Below, one piece after another: positions 1 through 10,199 of a stretch of DNA of 64,000 nt. This DNA comes from Deltaproteobacteria bacterium (GTDB taxonomy: Bacteria; Desulfobacterota; Dissulfuribacteria; Dissulfuribacterales; DYLC01), in contig JAQVIJ010000004.1 of NCBI GenBank assembly GCA_028695735.1, positions 64,671 through 128,670 of the forward strand. The letters run 5' to 3'. A program made the position numbers and the translations under genes. The notes below the pieces were generated by a model, which ran no database searches, was not told where the DNA came from, and saw only the letters and a program-made list of their open reading frames with translations. Every line of letters begins with the position of its first letter. Within the stretch, counting starts at the first letter, position 1.

Positions 1-1
1 C

Positions 2-496
2 GTGGTTGACCTTGGAGATGACCGTTCCTTTGTAATCGCCGATATTCCAGGCCTCATTGAAGGGGCGCATACAGGCACAGGCATGGGGATTGAATTTCTG
101 CGGCACATAGAACGCACGAAGGTGCTGTTGTTTGTCGTGGATGTCTCCGATGAAGACCCTTGCAAGGCCTTTCTAACTGTCTGGAATGAGCTGGAGCGAT
201 TCCACCGGTGCAGCTCACCCCTTACTGAAAAACCATTTTTGATCGCCCTGAACAAGATGGACATCCCCTCGAAGGAAGAGCTTCAGGAAAGGCTCGGCGC
301 CATAAAAAAACTGCCCCAGGTCAGCTCGTCCGCTGCAAATGTAGTCTGCATCTCCGCAGCCACTCATGAAAATATTGCAGAATTACTGAAGACGGTTCAG
401 GGGTTGTTGAGCGAGTATTCGACTCAATCACTTGATGCAGGTCAGGATGGGGGGCAATCTGAAAGGTTCCTTGAAACTATTACCGTCTTGCATTAG
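2..496 (+). CDS. obg: GTPase Obg/CgtA, C-terminal part (5' end outside window)
   Basis: Open from the window edge. Contains IADIPGLIEGAHTGTGMGIEFLRHIERTKVLLFVVD (Obg switch region) and the LNKMD G4 motif. Confidence 0.85.
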   Translation: MVDLGDDRSFVIADIPGLIEGAHTGTGMGIEFLRHIERTKVLLFVVDVSDEDPCKAFLTVWNELERFHRCSSPLTEKPFLIALNKMDIPSKEELQERLGAIKKLPQVSSSAANVVCISAATHENIAELLKTVQGLLSEYSTQSLDAGQDGGQSERFLETITVLH

Positions 497-533
497 GGGA
501 TCTCTACGAACATTCTGATTTCGTAGAGATCCC
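497..533. repeat. Perfect 14-bp inverted repeat (stem-loop) between obg and proB
   Basis: gggatctctacgaa (497-510) pairs with ttcgtagagatccc (520-533) across a 9-nt loop. No T-tract follows, so a terminator role is uncertain. Confidence 0.6.
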
Positions 534-546
534 TTGGGGAAAACCT

Positions 547-1704
547 ATGGATAACGATTTAGATACCGCCGCAAAGGCACTGAACCCGCACAAGCGGGGG
601 CTTGGACACATCAAGAGGCTCGTGGTGAAGGTGGGGAGCGCGGTGCTTACAGACAAAAACGGCCTGGCCCTCGATCGCCTGAACCACCTGGTGACCCAGC
701 TCGCCCAACTGCGCAGTCAGGGTCTGGAGATCACCCTGGTCTCTTCCGGCGCTGTTGCAGCAGGCAGAGGCAGGCTTCCTTCAAAGGCCAGACTCAAGAC
801 TGTAAGGGCCAAACAGGCCCTGGCCGCAGTGGGTCAGGGGATTTTGATGCAGGCATACGCCGCGGCCTTTTCCGGATATGAGATGCCGGTGGCCCAGGTC
901 CTGCTCACAAGGGACGGCCTCATCGAACGGGAGCGATACAACAACGTCAAAAATACCCTTCAAACCCTGCTGGAATGGGATGTTTTACCCATCATCAATG
1001 AAAACGACACGGTGGCCACAGAGGAACTGCAATTTACGGACAACGACCAGCTTTCAGTATTGGTCATGAATCTGACGGATGCGGAACTGCTCGTGTGCCT
1101 CAGTGACATAGACGGTCTTTATGACAGTGACCCTCGTGAGAACCCCAATGCACGGCTTATTCATGAAGTTCAGCACATAGACGCCTCCATTTTGCAGATG
1201 GCCGGAGACAGCCCGGGCCGCGCAGGCCGCGGAGGCATGAAGTCCAAGCTGCTGGCGGCGCGAATGGCAACCTCCTGTGGCATTCCCATGATTGTGGCGG
1301 GAGGCCGAATCCCCAATGTGCTTCTGCGCTTGATGAGCGGTGAGGTCATAGGCACCCTGTTTCACGCAGCAAGGCGCAGAATACACGGCAAAAAGCCATG
1401 GATCGCCTTTACCCTGCCCAGAAAGGGCAGGCTGATACTGGATGATGGTGCTGTGCAGGCCGTTACTCAAGGGGGCAAGAGCCTGCTTGCTGTGGGCATA
1501 AAGGCCCTGGAAGGCAGGTTTCAGGCAGGCAACTGTGTGTCCTGCACGGATTTGGAGGGCAGAGAGGTGGCCATAGGCATTACCAATTATGGTTCAGGCG
1601 ACCTGCAGAAGGTGATCGGTTGTAGAAGCGAAAAGATTTGTAGTATGTTGAAGAATTCACGCGACGAGGTGATACACAGAGACAATCTCGTGGTGTTGGA
1701 ATGA
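547..1704 (+). CDS. proB: Glutamate 5-kinase
   Basis: 385 aa. Has the amino-acid kinase pattern (VVKVGSAVLT, INENDTVA) plus a C-terminal PUA-like region, and sits directly upstream of proA. Confidence 0.9.
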   Translation: MDNDLDTAAKALNPHKRGLGHIKRLVVKVGSAVLTDKNGLALDRLNHLVTQLAQLRSQGLEITLVSSGAVAAGRGRLPSKARLKTVRAKQALAAVGQGILMQAYAAAFSGYEMPVAQVLLTRDGLIERERYNNVKNTLQTLLEWDVLPIINENDTVATEELQFTDNDQLSVLVMNLTDAELLVCLSDIDGLYDSDPRENPNARLIHEVQHIDASILQMAGDSPGRAGRGGMKSKLLAARMATSCGIPMIVAGGRIPNVLLRLMSGEVIGTLFHAARRRIHGKKPWIAFTLPRKGRLILDDGAVQAVTQGGKSLLAVGIKALEGRFQAGNCVSCTDLEGREVAIGITNYGSGDLQKVIGCRSEKICSMLKNSRDEVIHRDNLVVLE

Positions 1705-1725
1705 GTTGCGTTTAAGGAGGAAGAC

Positions 1726-2985
1726 ATGAACGATTTTGAGAGATTGACCCTTGAGATCGGCCAAAAGGCCCGAAAATCGGCCAAAATAACGGCAAATCTG
1801 CCCACAAAAATCAAAAATCAGATATTGCTGGACACAGCAGAGGGCATACTGGCTGCCAGGGAGTTTCTTCAGGCGGAAAACTCCAGGGACCTGGAGAAGG
1901 CTCATGCAAAGGGCATGAGTACCGCCTTTATAGACAGGCTTACCCTTTCGGACAAGGTCATAAACAGCATGGTAAACGGGCTCAGGGAGGTGGCTCAACT
2001 GCCGGATCCCGTGGGCGAGGTGACTCGCATGTGGCGCAGGCCCAACGACCTTCAAGTCGGGCGTATTCGCATTCCCCTTGGCGTCATACTCATGATCTAC
2101 GAGTCCAGGCCCAATGTCACCATCGATGCAGCGGCCCTGTGCCTCAAGGCAGGAAACTCCGTGATCCTGCGGGGCGGATCAGACGCCCTGCACTCCAACA
2201 TGGCCCTGGCCGGTATTCTGCACAAGGCCCTGGCAAAAAACGGCGCTTCAGCCGACGCCGTCCAGGTGGTGCCCACCACCGAGCGCGAGGCACTTACACA
2301 CCTTTTGAAACTGGATGAACTCATTGACCTTGTGATCCCCAGAGGCGGTGAGGGGCTTATTCGATTTGTGGCCGGGAACTCCCGCATCCCTGTGCTCAAA
2401 CACTATAAGGGCGTCTGTCATGTATTTGTGGACGAATCAGCCGATTTTGACATGGCCGAAAGGATCTGTATCAACGCAAAGGTGCAGAGACCCGGTGTCT
2501 GCAATGCCATGGAGGGGCTTTTGGTGCATGAGGCCGCGGCTCAGACCTTTCTGCCTCGCATGGCCGAGGCATTTTTTAGGGAAGGCGTGACCATGCTGGG
2601 GTGCCCAAAGGCCTGCGCTGCCTCACCGAGGATACAGCCGGCCCAGGACACGGACTGGGGCACGGAGTTTCTGGAGCTCAAACTGGTGATCAAGGTGGTA
2701 AAGGACATGGACGAGGCCATGGATTACATCACTCGATACGGCTCCAACCACACCGAGGCCATAGTCACTCGCAACTATGAAAACGCCCAGAGATTTTTGA
2801 GGGAAGTGGATGCCTCCCTGGTATTGATCAATGCCTCAACCCGCTTCAACGACGGAGGTGAGCTGGGACTGGGCGCCGAGATCGGCATCAGCACCTCCAA
2901 ACTTCATGCCTACGGGCCCATGGGACTGGAGGAGCTCACCACCACCAAGTTCATCGCATACGGCGCAGGACAGATTCGCACATAA
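1726..2985 (+). CDS. proA: Gamma-glutamyl phosphate reductase
   Basis: 419 aa. Aldehyde-dehydrogenase-like protein with YESRPNVT and the [33 protein letters not shown] tail typical of ProA. An aaggagg SD lies upstream. Confidence 0.9.
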   Translation: MNDFERLTLEIGQKARKSAKITANLPTKIKNQILLDTAEGILAAREFLQAENSRDLEKAHAKGMSTAFIDRLTLSDKVINSMVNGLREVAQLPDPVGEVTRMWRRPNDLQVGRIRIPLGVILMIYESRPNVTIDAAALCLKAGNSVILRGGSDALHSNMALAGILHKALAKNGASADAVQVVPTTEREALTHLLKLDELIDLVIPRGGEGLIRFVAGNSRIPVLKHYKGVCHVFVDESADFDMAERICINAKVQRPGVCNAMEGLLVHEAAAQTFLPRMAEAFFREGVTMLGCPKACAASPRIQPAQDTDWGTEFLELKLVIKVVKDMDEAMDYITRYGSNHTEAIVTRNYENAQRFLREVDASLVLINASTRFNDGGELGLGAEIGISTSKLHAYGPMGLEELTTTKFIAYGAGQIRT

Positions 2986-2986
2986 G

Positions 2987-4513
2987 ATGCTGGCTTATAC
3001 TCGCACAGCGGTGGTCATAGGTATTCAGGCCTTTCCAGTCACTGTGGAGATAGATGTCTCTCCAGGGCTTCCGGCCTTTAATATCGTGGGGCTGCCTGAG
3101 GCAGCGGTGAAGGAGAGCCGTGAGCGGGTGAAGGCCGCCATCAAGAACTGCGGCTATCCGTTTCCAACCCAGCGTATCACCCTGAATCTGGCCCCAGCCG
3201 ACCTGAAAAAGGAAGGGGCCGGCCTGGACCTGCCCATAGCAGCGGCGATTCTATGCGCTCAAGGCATCTTGCCGCAGGAGGCCGTTCAGGACCTGTTGCT
3301 GTTGGGAGAACTCTCTCTAACCGGCTCCGTCAAGCCCTCACGCGGGACACTGCCCATAGCCCTGGCAGCCCGCAACTGGTCTGTAAAGGCCCTGGTGACG
3401 CCGGAAGAAAACGCAGGAGAGGCGGCGGTGGTCAGGGATATGACCGTATATCCTGTAAACCATCTCTCGCAACTGGTGGAATATCTGCTGGGTTCCATTG
3501 CCATTTCGCCTGCCGTGGCTCACGTCGGGGAGATTCAGGGGCAGCAGCTCCATATCGAAGACTTCGAGGATGTGGTGGGGCAGGAACAGGCCAAACGCGC
3601 CATGGAGATCACGGCGGCAGGAGGACACAATGTGCTCATGACAGGGCCTCCGGGTTCTGGAAAGACCATGCTTGCCCGCAGGCTGCCATCCATTTTGCCG
3701 CCACTTACCTTTGAAGAGGCGTTGGAGACCACATGCATATACAGTGTGGCCGGCCTTTTGCCCAAGGACCAGCCTCTCATCTTTGCCCGGCCGTTTTGTG
3801 CACCTCACCACACCATTTCCGAGGCAGGGCTCATAGGTGGAGGCAGTGTGCCGAAACCAGGTCAGGTGAGCCTGGCCCACAACGGCGTGCTGTTTTTAGA
3901 CGAGCTGCCGGAGTTTCGAAAGGATACGCTGGAGGCCCTGCGTCAGCCCCTGGAGGACGGTCAGGTGACAGTTTCCCGCGCCATTGTGAGCATCACCTTC
4001 CCTGCCCGCACCATGCTGGTATGTGCGCAAAACCCCTGTCCCTGCGGACACCTGGGTGACACAAGACATGCCTGTACCTGTCAGCCTCAACAGATTGCAA
4101 GATACAGAAGCCGCATCTCAGGGCCCCTGCTGGATCGCATTGATCTGCACATAGAGGTGCCTGCCGTGCCCTATCAGGAGCTCTCACAGGCCAGACGAGG
4201 GGAGCCTTCGGCAGCCATTAGAGAACGCGTGGTGCAGGCCAGAGAGATACAGGGTAAGCGTTTCCAAGGGATACACATACACTGTAACGCCCAGATGTCG
4301 GCTCGCGAGATTCGCAAATACTGTGTGTTGGATGCCCCCTCACAGGCGTTTCTGGAGAAGGCGGCGGCCAAACTGGGGCTGAGTGCACGGGCATATCACC
4401 GTATAATCAAGATAGCCCGCACCATCGCAGACATAGAAGCAAGCCGGGAGATTCAGATCAAGCACCTGGCGGAGGCGGTGCAATACAGAAGCTGGGATCG
4501 ACAGAAAAACTGA
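2987..4513 (+). CDS. comM: YifB/ComM family Mg-chelatase-like ATPase
   Basis: Start placed at ATG 2987 ([10 protein letters not shown]...) because the track ORF start at 2831 overlaps proA. Has the N-terminal Lon-protease-like domain, Walker A GPPGSGKT and Walker B VLFLDEL. Confidence 0.85.
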   Translation: MLAYTRTAVVIGIQAFPVTVEIDVSPGLPAFNIVGLPEAAVKESRERVKAAIKNCGYPFPTQRITLNLAPADLKKEGAGLDLPIAAAILCAQGILPQEAVQDLLLLGELSLTGSVKPSRGTLPIALAARNWSVKALVTPEENAGEAAVVRDMTVYPVNHLSQLVEYLLGSIAISPAVAHVGEIQGQQLHIEDFEDVVGQEQAKRAMEITAAGGHNVLMTGPPGSGKTMLARRLPSILPPLTFEEALETTCIYSVAGLLPKDQPLIFARPFCAPHHTISEAGLIGGGSVPKPGQVSLAHNGVLFLDELPEFRKDTLEALRQPLEDGQVTVSRAIVSITFPARTMLVCAQNPCPCGHLGDTRHACTCQPQQIARYRSRISGPLLDRIDLHIEVPAVPYQELSQARRGEPSAAIRERVVQAREIQGKRFQGIHIHCNAQMSAREIRKYCVLDAPSQAFLEKAAAKLGLSARAYHRIIKIARTIADIEASREIQIKHLAEAVQYRSWDRQKN

Positions 4514-4529
4514 TTGCACCCGTTGACAA

Positions 4530-6182
4530 ATGATTACTCGAAAATTTGCAAGACTTATTCAAAGACAATTTATTACTCAGGATAAACTGAACCTTATTAT
4601 CGAAGAAGCAAATAGGTTAAATATATATCCTGAGGAGTTGCTGCTTGACCATGGCATACCGAAGCATGAGATACTATTTGCTTTGGCAGAGTATTATGGT
4701 TACCCATTTGTTGAGTATGACGAGAAGCTTACCGCATCATACTTAATTGCTATTCATTTAAATATGGAAAGGCATAAAAAGGAGCTATGGCTTCCAATCG
4801 AAATTAAGGAGAATACTGCAAAGATTGTTATATACAACCCCGAACGTACTTCTGTTATTGAAGAGATAAAACAGGCGATGTGCGTAGAACAGTTAGATAT
4901 TCTTATAGCGCTGCCCTCTGATCTCATACGCATCATAGAAAATAGCTTTGATGTAAATCCCGGCTTTTCACAGACTGCTGGCAGGACACCTTTGGCGAAG
5001 GTCAGGACATTTCTTGCAAACAGACGCTCGTATCTTTCCTGCTACCGCGCATCACTGGCGCGCGGGAGAACAGGACTTGCATTTCTCAGAACAGGCATAG
5101 CATCCATTATAATTAGTCTAACACTTTTCAGAATATTCGGCATTGGCTATCTGTTGATTCTGGAACTGCCTCTGCTCATTGCGGGAGTCGTAATGGTGAT
5201 AGACGGCATAAAGTGGCACATGGGCGCCCGCAATACCGGAAAGACTATGCCTGTCTGTTCGGGCACTGAACCTACGTGGGGAACGACATTTCTTGAGGTA
5301 TCGAATACAGAAGATGAGCCGGTTTTTAAACGCACCGCTCCTGTCCCGGATGCGGACAACCTTAGGGCTAAATGGAATAACCTTTCACCTGTAATGAGAC
5401 GCAGGTTCCTGGCCAGCGACCGAACTGATATGGCCGAGGAACGCACCATACTTGCGTGCTATAGAACTATCATGGCAAGGGCGCGCACAGGGCTTGCCTT
5501 CGCAAGGACAGGAATAGCATTTATTGGCCTTGGGATAGCTCTTTTCAGACAGTTTCATGCCGGCCCCTGGACTATTCTGGATTTTTCCTTGATATTCATT
5601 GGTTCCATAATGATCATGGAAGGGTTTTATTGGTATTTTCCAGGCAGAAAGGCCGGAGTGGTTGCCCTTGAATCGTTTAAAACGGCCGGTGGCAAAGCAA
5701 CTATTTGGGACTTCGTCTTTCCTCTGCCTGCACTGAGAAAAGACAATATAACTGAAAGTAATTTGACACAGCCTACCTACATTCCTTTTGTCAAACCATC
5801 TCATTCCCCCGGCATATGGGCAACCACAGGTCTTGCACTGGAAAGGACGCTTCTTGCAGATAGAAGGGGGGTCATGGCAAGATTACGAACTATTATGGCA
5901 CGTTCAAGGACCGGGCTTGCTTTCATCAGGACCGGAATGAGTATCGCATCAGTTGGTGCAGGACTTATGGTTTATTTCGGCACAGACAGCCTTGGATGGA
6001 CGATCTTTAATCTTTTTCTGCTGATGATTGGTTTTATCGCCATCGCAGATGGACTTTATTGGCATCTTCCTGCCGAAAGGATAAGAAAAACTTTGCCATA
6101 TTGTTTTGGGGAGATGGAGATAACCATGGCAGATTATGGCACCCCCGCCAGATTTTGGAGTAAAACTACCTTTCAGCAATGA
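4530..6182 (+). CDS. Membrane protein: N-terminal GspE_N/MshEN-like domain plus three DUF202-like modules
   Basis: Residues about 10-150 follow the T2SS protein E N-terminal pattern (..ELLLDHGIPKHEILFALAEYYGYPFVEYDE.. then ..WLPIEIKENTAKIVIYNP..). Three repeats of the R(T/A)xLAxxRTGLAFxRTG signature follow, each with hydrophobic helices. Confidence 0.6.
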   Translation: MITRKFARLIQRQFITQDKLNLIIEEANRLNIYPEELLLDHGIPKHEILFALAEYYGYPFVEYDEKLTASYLIAIHLNMERHKKELWLPIEIKENTAKIVIYNPERTSVIEEIKQAMCVEQLDILIALPSDLIRIIENSFDVNPGFSQTAGRTPLAKVRTFLANRRSYLSCYRASLARGRTGLAFLRTGIASIIISLTLFRIFGIGYLLILELPLLIAGVVMVIDGIKWHMGARNTGKTMPVCSGTEPTWGTTFLEVSNTEDEPVFKRTAPVPDADNLRAKWNNLSPVMRRRFLASDRTDMAEERTILACYRTIMARARTGLAFARTGIAFIGLGIALFRQFHAGPWTILDFSLIFIGSIMIMEGFYWYFPGRKAGVVALESFKTAGGKATIWDFVFPLPALRKDNITESNLTQPTYIPFVKPSHSPGIWATTGLALERTLLADRRGVMARLRTIMARSRTGLAFIRTGMSIASVGAGLMVYFGTDSLGWTIFNLFLLMIGFIAIADGLYWHLPAERIRKTLPYCFGEMEITMADYGTPARFWSKTTFQQ

Positions 6183-7408
6183 AACATTTGAAGGATGGGG
6201 TCTCCCCAAAAGCTATAGAACGATTCCTTTCACTCGTAAGAGACGAGGTGATTAGAGAGGATGATCTGCGTGCCGCAGCCACCGCAGCCCAGGCTCGCGG
6301 GCTTGACATCGAAGCCATTCTGATTCACGAATATGGTGTACCCCGTCACATCCTGCTGCAAGCCCTCTCAAATTATTACCATTGTCCTTTTATTGAATAT
6401 GACGAAAAAATGCCGATATCACCGGAGTTATTGCAAGCCTTATACGGAAAAAGGTCTGAAATATTAAGATGGTTTCCTGTTATAAAAGACATTGATACAG
6501 ATACAATTGTAATAGCAACAAATGCTCCAACCGATCCTGGTATCCTGGCGGAGGTATCTACATTATTCAAGGCTGAAAAGTATGAATTGTGGGTGGCACT
6601 TAACGAAGATATTCAATGGTTTATTCAAGACTTCTTGCATGCAGCTCCGGGCGAACTCATAGGAACCGAGAGGACAGGACTTGCTTATTGGCGAAATACC
6701 ATGGCTCACTGGCGCACAAGGCTTGCATGTTACCGAACGGATATGGCAAAGGCAAGGACAGATCTGGCTTTTCTGCGATGGGGACTCGGTCTTATAACCA
6801 TATCAAATACCCTCATGTACGCCCCTTCTCCCAAAATGAACTTCCATTTTTATATCATGCTCATGATCGCAGGTGGAGTACTGGGGCTATTCGGCCTGTT
6901 AGGTTATCTACAAATAAGAAAAACCCACATGAAACCACCTGAAAACCAGACGCTTGTGGAAGTAACCGCCGCCACTCTGCATTTTCTTGAAAATTATCAT
7001 TTCATTGATGGATTGAGCACAAAACTTTCGATAAAAAAGACCATGCTCGCCCGCCTCGGTGATCTTCTTGCAGGGCACTCCACTATACTCTATCCGTCTC
7101 CAGCAAGCAGGGAGAGGACACATCTCGCTCGCGAGCGAAACGTCCTGGCAGCACAGAGAACAATCGCTGGCTGCTATCGAACGATATATGCTCGTGCTCG
7201 CACAGGACTTGCATTTATCAGAACGGGGATATCCTTTACAAGTCTTGGAATTGGTCTTATAACATATTTCGGATTCAATGCATCCACATTTTTCGACGCG
7301 GCCCTCATTGGAGCAGGGTTGTTGATGATTATGGACGGCCTTTTGTGGTATTTACCTGTCAGAAAGGAACAGTCCGAGGTTGCACGATGTGTAATTTCGG
7401 CTCAATAG
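6179..7408 (+). CDS. Paralogous membrane protein: GspE_N/MshEN-like domain plus two DUF202-like modules
   Basis: ATGA overlap with the upstream gene. Contains ..ILIHEYGVPRHILLQALSNYYHCPFIEYDE.. and ..WFPVIKDIDTDTIVIATNAP.., then the RTRLACYRTDMAKARTDLAFLRWG and ERNVLAAQRTIAGCYRTIYARARTGLAFIRTG modules. Confidence 0.6.
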   Translation: MKHLKDGVSPKAIERFLSLVRDEVIREDDLRAAATAAQARGLDIEAILIHEYGVPRHILLQALSNYYHCPFIEYDEKMPISPELLQALYGKRSEILRWFPVIKDIDTDTIVIATNAPTDPGILAEVSTLFKAEKYELWVALNEDIQWFIQDFLHAAPGELIGTERTGLAYWRNTMAHWRTRLACYRTDMAKARTDLAFLRWGLGLITISNTLMYAPSPKMNFHFYIMLMIAGGVLGLFGLLGYLQIRKTHMKPPENQTLVEVTAATLHFLENYHFIDGLSTKLSIKKTMLARLGDLLAGHSTILYPSPASRERTHLARERNVLAAQRTIAGCYRTIYARARTGLAFIRTGISFTSLGIGLITYFGFNASTFFDAALIGAGLLMIMDGLLWYLPVRKEQSEVARCVISAQ

Positions 7409-7421
7409 AATTGTAACGGTA

Positions 7422-8849
7422 ATGAAAGTAGAACACCGAATCATATTATCCAATTTTTTCAACATTATAGTGCTCATTATTGTCATTTTCTTCGCCATTC
7501 AAAACCTCAATCTCGTACTGACAAAATTAAAATTTATACAGATAGCGGACGACCTGAATGCCTCTTTTTTAGAGATACGACTGACCGAAAAAAACTATTT
7601 TCTCTACCGAAACAAAATGAATCTGTATGATATCTTGAACAAGATACGTGAAATAAGATATTCAATAGATAATGTCAGAGATGACATAATCAAAGCAGTC
7701 GGCGAAGATAACTTCAAAATACTCAATAAAAACCTTAATGACTATACCAATGTAATAGCATTAATATCGGAAATAGAAGAAACTAAGATTAACAATAACC
7801 AGACGGAGACAAGCATAAGAGAAGCAGGGAAAAAATTAAGAGAATTCTCAGAGCAAATAACACGGCTTGAACGAACTAACACCAATGAATTAATCATGAA
7901 GTCCCAAAAAATATTGTTATATTCATTTTGGATAATCTTTCTTTCAAGCATTGTAATAAGTCATCTGATATCCAAAAAAATATTGCTATCATTAAAATTG
8001 ATACAAAAATTAACATTATCAATATCGGAAGGCAATTTTAAAACAATAGAAAATGTGGACTGTGATCAAGAATGTAATTCTGTCATCAAAGCCATAAATT
8101 TTATGTCAAATGAATTAAAAAATAGAGAAGAACAACTTATACAATCAAAAAAATTGGCGTCAATAGGTGTAATGACTGCTGGAGTTGCACATGAATTAAC
8201 AAATCCTCTTAATAATATATCGATGCTTGCCCAAACCTACATAGAACTTTACGATAATTTGAGCAAAGATGACAGAATCAATTTTATGAGTAAAGTTGAA
8301 GCTGAAACCGACAGAATGAAAGAGATTGTAAAAAACTTCCTTGATTTCTCCAAACCCAAAAAACCACAACTGGAGCAGATTGACATCAACACAGTTATAC
8401 AAAAAGCTATCAAATTAATGCAGAATATGCTATATATTTCAAACATCGAAACACAACTCAAACTCAACGAGAATTTACCACTAACCTTTATAGATAGAAA
8501 TCAAATACAGCAAGTGTTGGTAAATTTAATAACAAATGCAGTGCAAGCAATGACAAAGAATGGCAAACTTATCATAGTTTCAGACTTGGATGAAAATAAA
8601 AAATATATTAAAATAACTATTACAGACACTGGAAAGGGGATACCTCCTGAATTGCTTCAACATATATTCGATCCATTTTTCAGCACAAAAGGTGAAGGAG
8701 GCACTGGACTTGGCTTGTCAGTAAGTCATGGTATAATTAAAAGTCATAATGGCGATATAACAGTTAAAAGCGAGGTTGGCAAAGGTACAACATTTACCAT
8801 AAGATTACCAATTTATACTAAGATAGAAGGGAGCAAGACAGATGAGTAA
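7422..8849 (+). CDS. Sensor histidine kinase (two TM segments, HAMP-like linker, HisKA, HATPase_c)
   Basis: H-box GVAHELTNPLNN. ATP-lid motifs DTGKGIPPE and GGTGLGLSVSHGII. Very AT-rich coding sequence. Confidence 0.85.
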   Translation: MKVEHRIILSNFFNIIVLIIVIFFAIQNLNLVLTKLKFIQIADDLNASFLEIRLTEKNYFLYRNKMNLYDILNKIREIRYSIDNVRDDIIKAVGEDNFKILNKNLNDYTNVIALISEIEETKINNNQTETSIREAGKKLREFSEQITRLERTNTNELIMKSQKILLYSFWIIFLSSIVISHLISKKILLSLKLIQKLTLSISEGNFKTIENVDCDQECNSVIKAINFMSNELKNREEQLIQSKKLASIGVMTAGVAHELTNPLNNISMLAQTYIELYDNLSKDDRINFMSKVEAETDRMKEIVKNFLDFSKPKKPQLEQIDINTVIQKAIKLMQNMLYISNIETQLKLNENLPLTFIDRNQIQQVLVNLITNAVQAMTKNGKLIIVSDLDENKKYIKITITDTGKGIPPELLQHIFDPFFSTKGEGGTGLGLSVSHGIIKSHNGDITVKSEVGKGTTFTIRLPIYTKIEGSKTDE

Positions 8850-9207
8850 GTCACAAATAATGGTTATTGATGATGAAAAGATAGTTTGCGACATGTCAAA
8901 ACTATCTCTTGAACAGTCGGGATATGAAGTTGAGACATTTCTCAGCGCAGAACCGGCACTGGAGCGGCTTAAGGAAAAAAAATTTGATATAATTGTAACA
9001 GACTACAAAATGAAGGGATTGGATGGCATGGATGTCCTGAAAACTGTCAAAAAACTTTATCCTGATACAAAGGTCATCATGATCACCGCCTTCGCAAATC
9101 TCGAAACCGCTATTGAGGCACTGAGATCGGATGTGCACGATTTTTTCCCTAAGCCGGTCAAAATAAAAGAATTGAAGGCATCCATAGAACGCGCCTTGCA
9201 CGCTTGA
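8842..9207 (+). CDS. Stand-alone response regulator receiver (CheY-like)
   Basis: 121 aa. Has IMVIDDE, the phospho-acceptor context DIIVTDYKMKG and the conserved K in FFPKP. No output domain. Overlaps the kinase stop by 8 nt. Confidence 0.85.
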   Translation: MSKSQIMVIDDEKIVCDMSKLSLEQSGYEVETFLSAEPALERLKEKKFDIIVTDYKMKGLDGMDVLKTVKKLYPDTKVIMITAFANLETAIEALRSDVHDFFPKPVKIKELKASIERALHA

Positions 9208-9332
9208 ACAAAAAAACGCTCACATCCACATCTCCTGTACCACTGGCCCAATGGCAAAGCCGTATTGTTGGCAGCAGTAAGCCTGACCTTATCGCCATGA
9301 AAGTCACCTAATTTCGCTTTACCTTACGCTGA

Positions 9333-10199
9333 TTATGAGCACATATCTATTGCATCACATAGTGCATAAATGGCCCTTGCTGCAGGGCTTTGGGCATCAT
9401 ACTCAACCACGGGCAGGCCTGCCACAAGGCCCTTGGGCATGGCCTCATCAAAGGGGATTTTGCCCACCACTTGCACACCCTTTTGAGCGCATCTGGCCTC
9501 TATTTCGTGACTGACCTCTGCATTTATGTCCCATTTGTTGATACAGACAAGGCTCGGCGTCTTGAAGTGTTGAGCAAGGCCCAAAACCCGTTCTAAATCA
9601 TGCAGGCCCGAAAGGGTGGGCTCGGTCACGATGAGCACTTTATTGGCATTGGAGATGGAGGCTATGACCGGACAGCCGATACCTGGCGGGCCGTCCACCA
9701 GAATCAATTCGGCCCCTTGTGCCTCAGCAAGCCGTCTGGCCTTTTCCTTGACCAGGGTCACCAGTTTTCCGGAGTTCTCTTCGCCTATGCCCAGGGCGGC
9801 ATGCACCATGGGGCCATACTGAGTCTGTGAGATATACCACTCTCCGCAGAGGTTTTCTTGCAGAGAAATGGCATTACTTGGGCAAAAATAGGCGCATACG
9901 CCGCAGCCCTCGCAGTTGAATTCGTCTATGACCGCCACATTCTCCACTGTCACTGCACTAAATCGGCATACACTCATACAGGTGCCGCAGCCCGTGCAAG
10001 CGGCCTCGTCGATTACAGGCCGAATGCCGGCGTAAAAGTCATGACGCTCCTGTATATCAGGCTGTAAGAGCAGGTGCAGGTCTGCTGCATCCACATCGCA
10101 ATCGGCTATCACCTTTTGGGGCAGTAACATGGCCAAACTGGCCGTAATGCTGGTCTTGCCTGTGCCGCCCTTTCCGCTTATGACAACTATCTCTTTCAT
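9333..10199 (-). CDS. MinD/ParA-type P-loop ATPase with an inserted 2x[4Fe-4S] ferredoxin domain
   Basis: Walker A GKGGTGKTS, plus CTGCGTCMSVC and CEGCGVCAYFC cysteine motifs. Confidence 0.8.
   Translation of the reverse strand: MKEIVVISGKGGTGKTSITASLAMLLPQKVIADCDVDAADLHLLLQPDIQERHDFYAGIRPVIDEAACTGCGTCMSVCRFSAVTVENVAVIDEFNCEGCGVCAYFCPSNAISLQENLCGEWYISQTQYGPMVHAALGIGEENSGKLVTLVKEKARRLAEAQGAELILVDGPPGIGCPVIASISNANKVLIVTEPTLSGLHDLERVLGLAQHFKTPSLVCINKWDINAEVSHEIEARCAQKGVQVVGKIPFDEAMPKGLVAGLPVVEYDAQSPAARAIYALCDAIDMCS

Noticed and set aside
2831-2986. N-terminal 52-codon extension of the comM ORF.
   Set aside because: It overlaps the 3' end of proA in another frame. The conserved ComM N-terminus begins at MLAYTR (ATG 2987), 1 nt after the proA stop.
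4560-4720. c-di-GMP-binding MshEN motif in the GspE_N-like domains.
   Set aside because: The published RLGxx(L/V/I)(L/V/I)xxG(L/V/I)(L/V/I)xxxxLxxxLxxQ pattern is not matched without gaps (RLNIYPEELLLDHGIPKHEILFALAEYY). Ligand binding is left as an untested possibility only.
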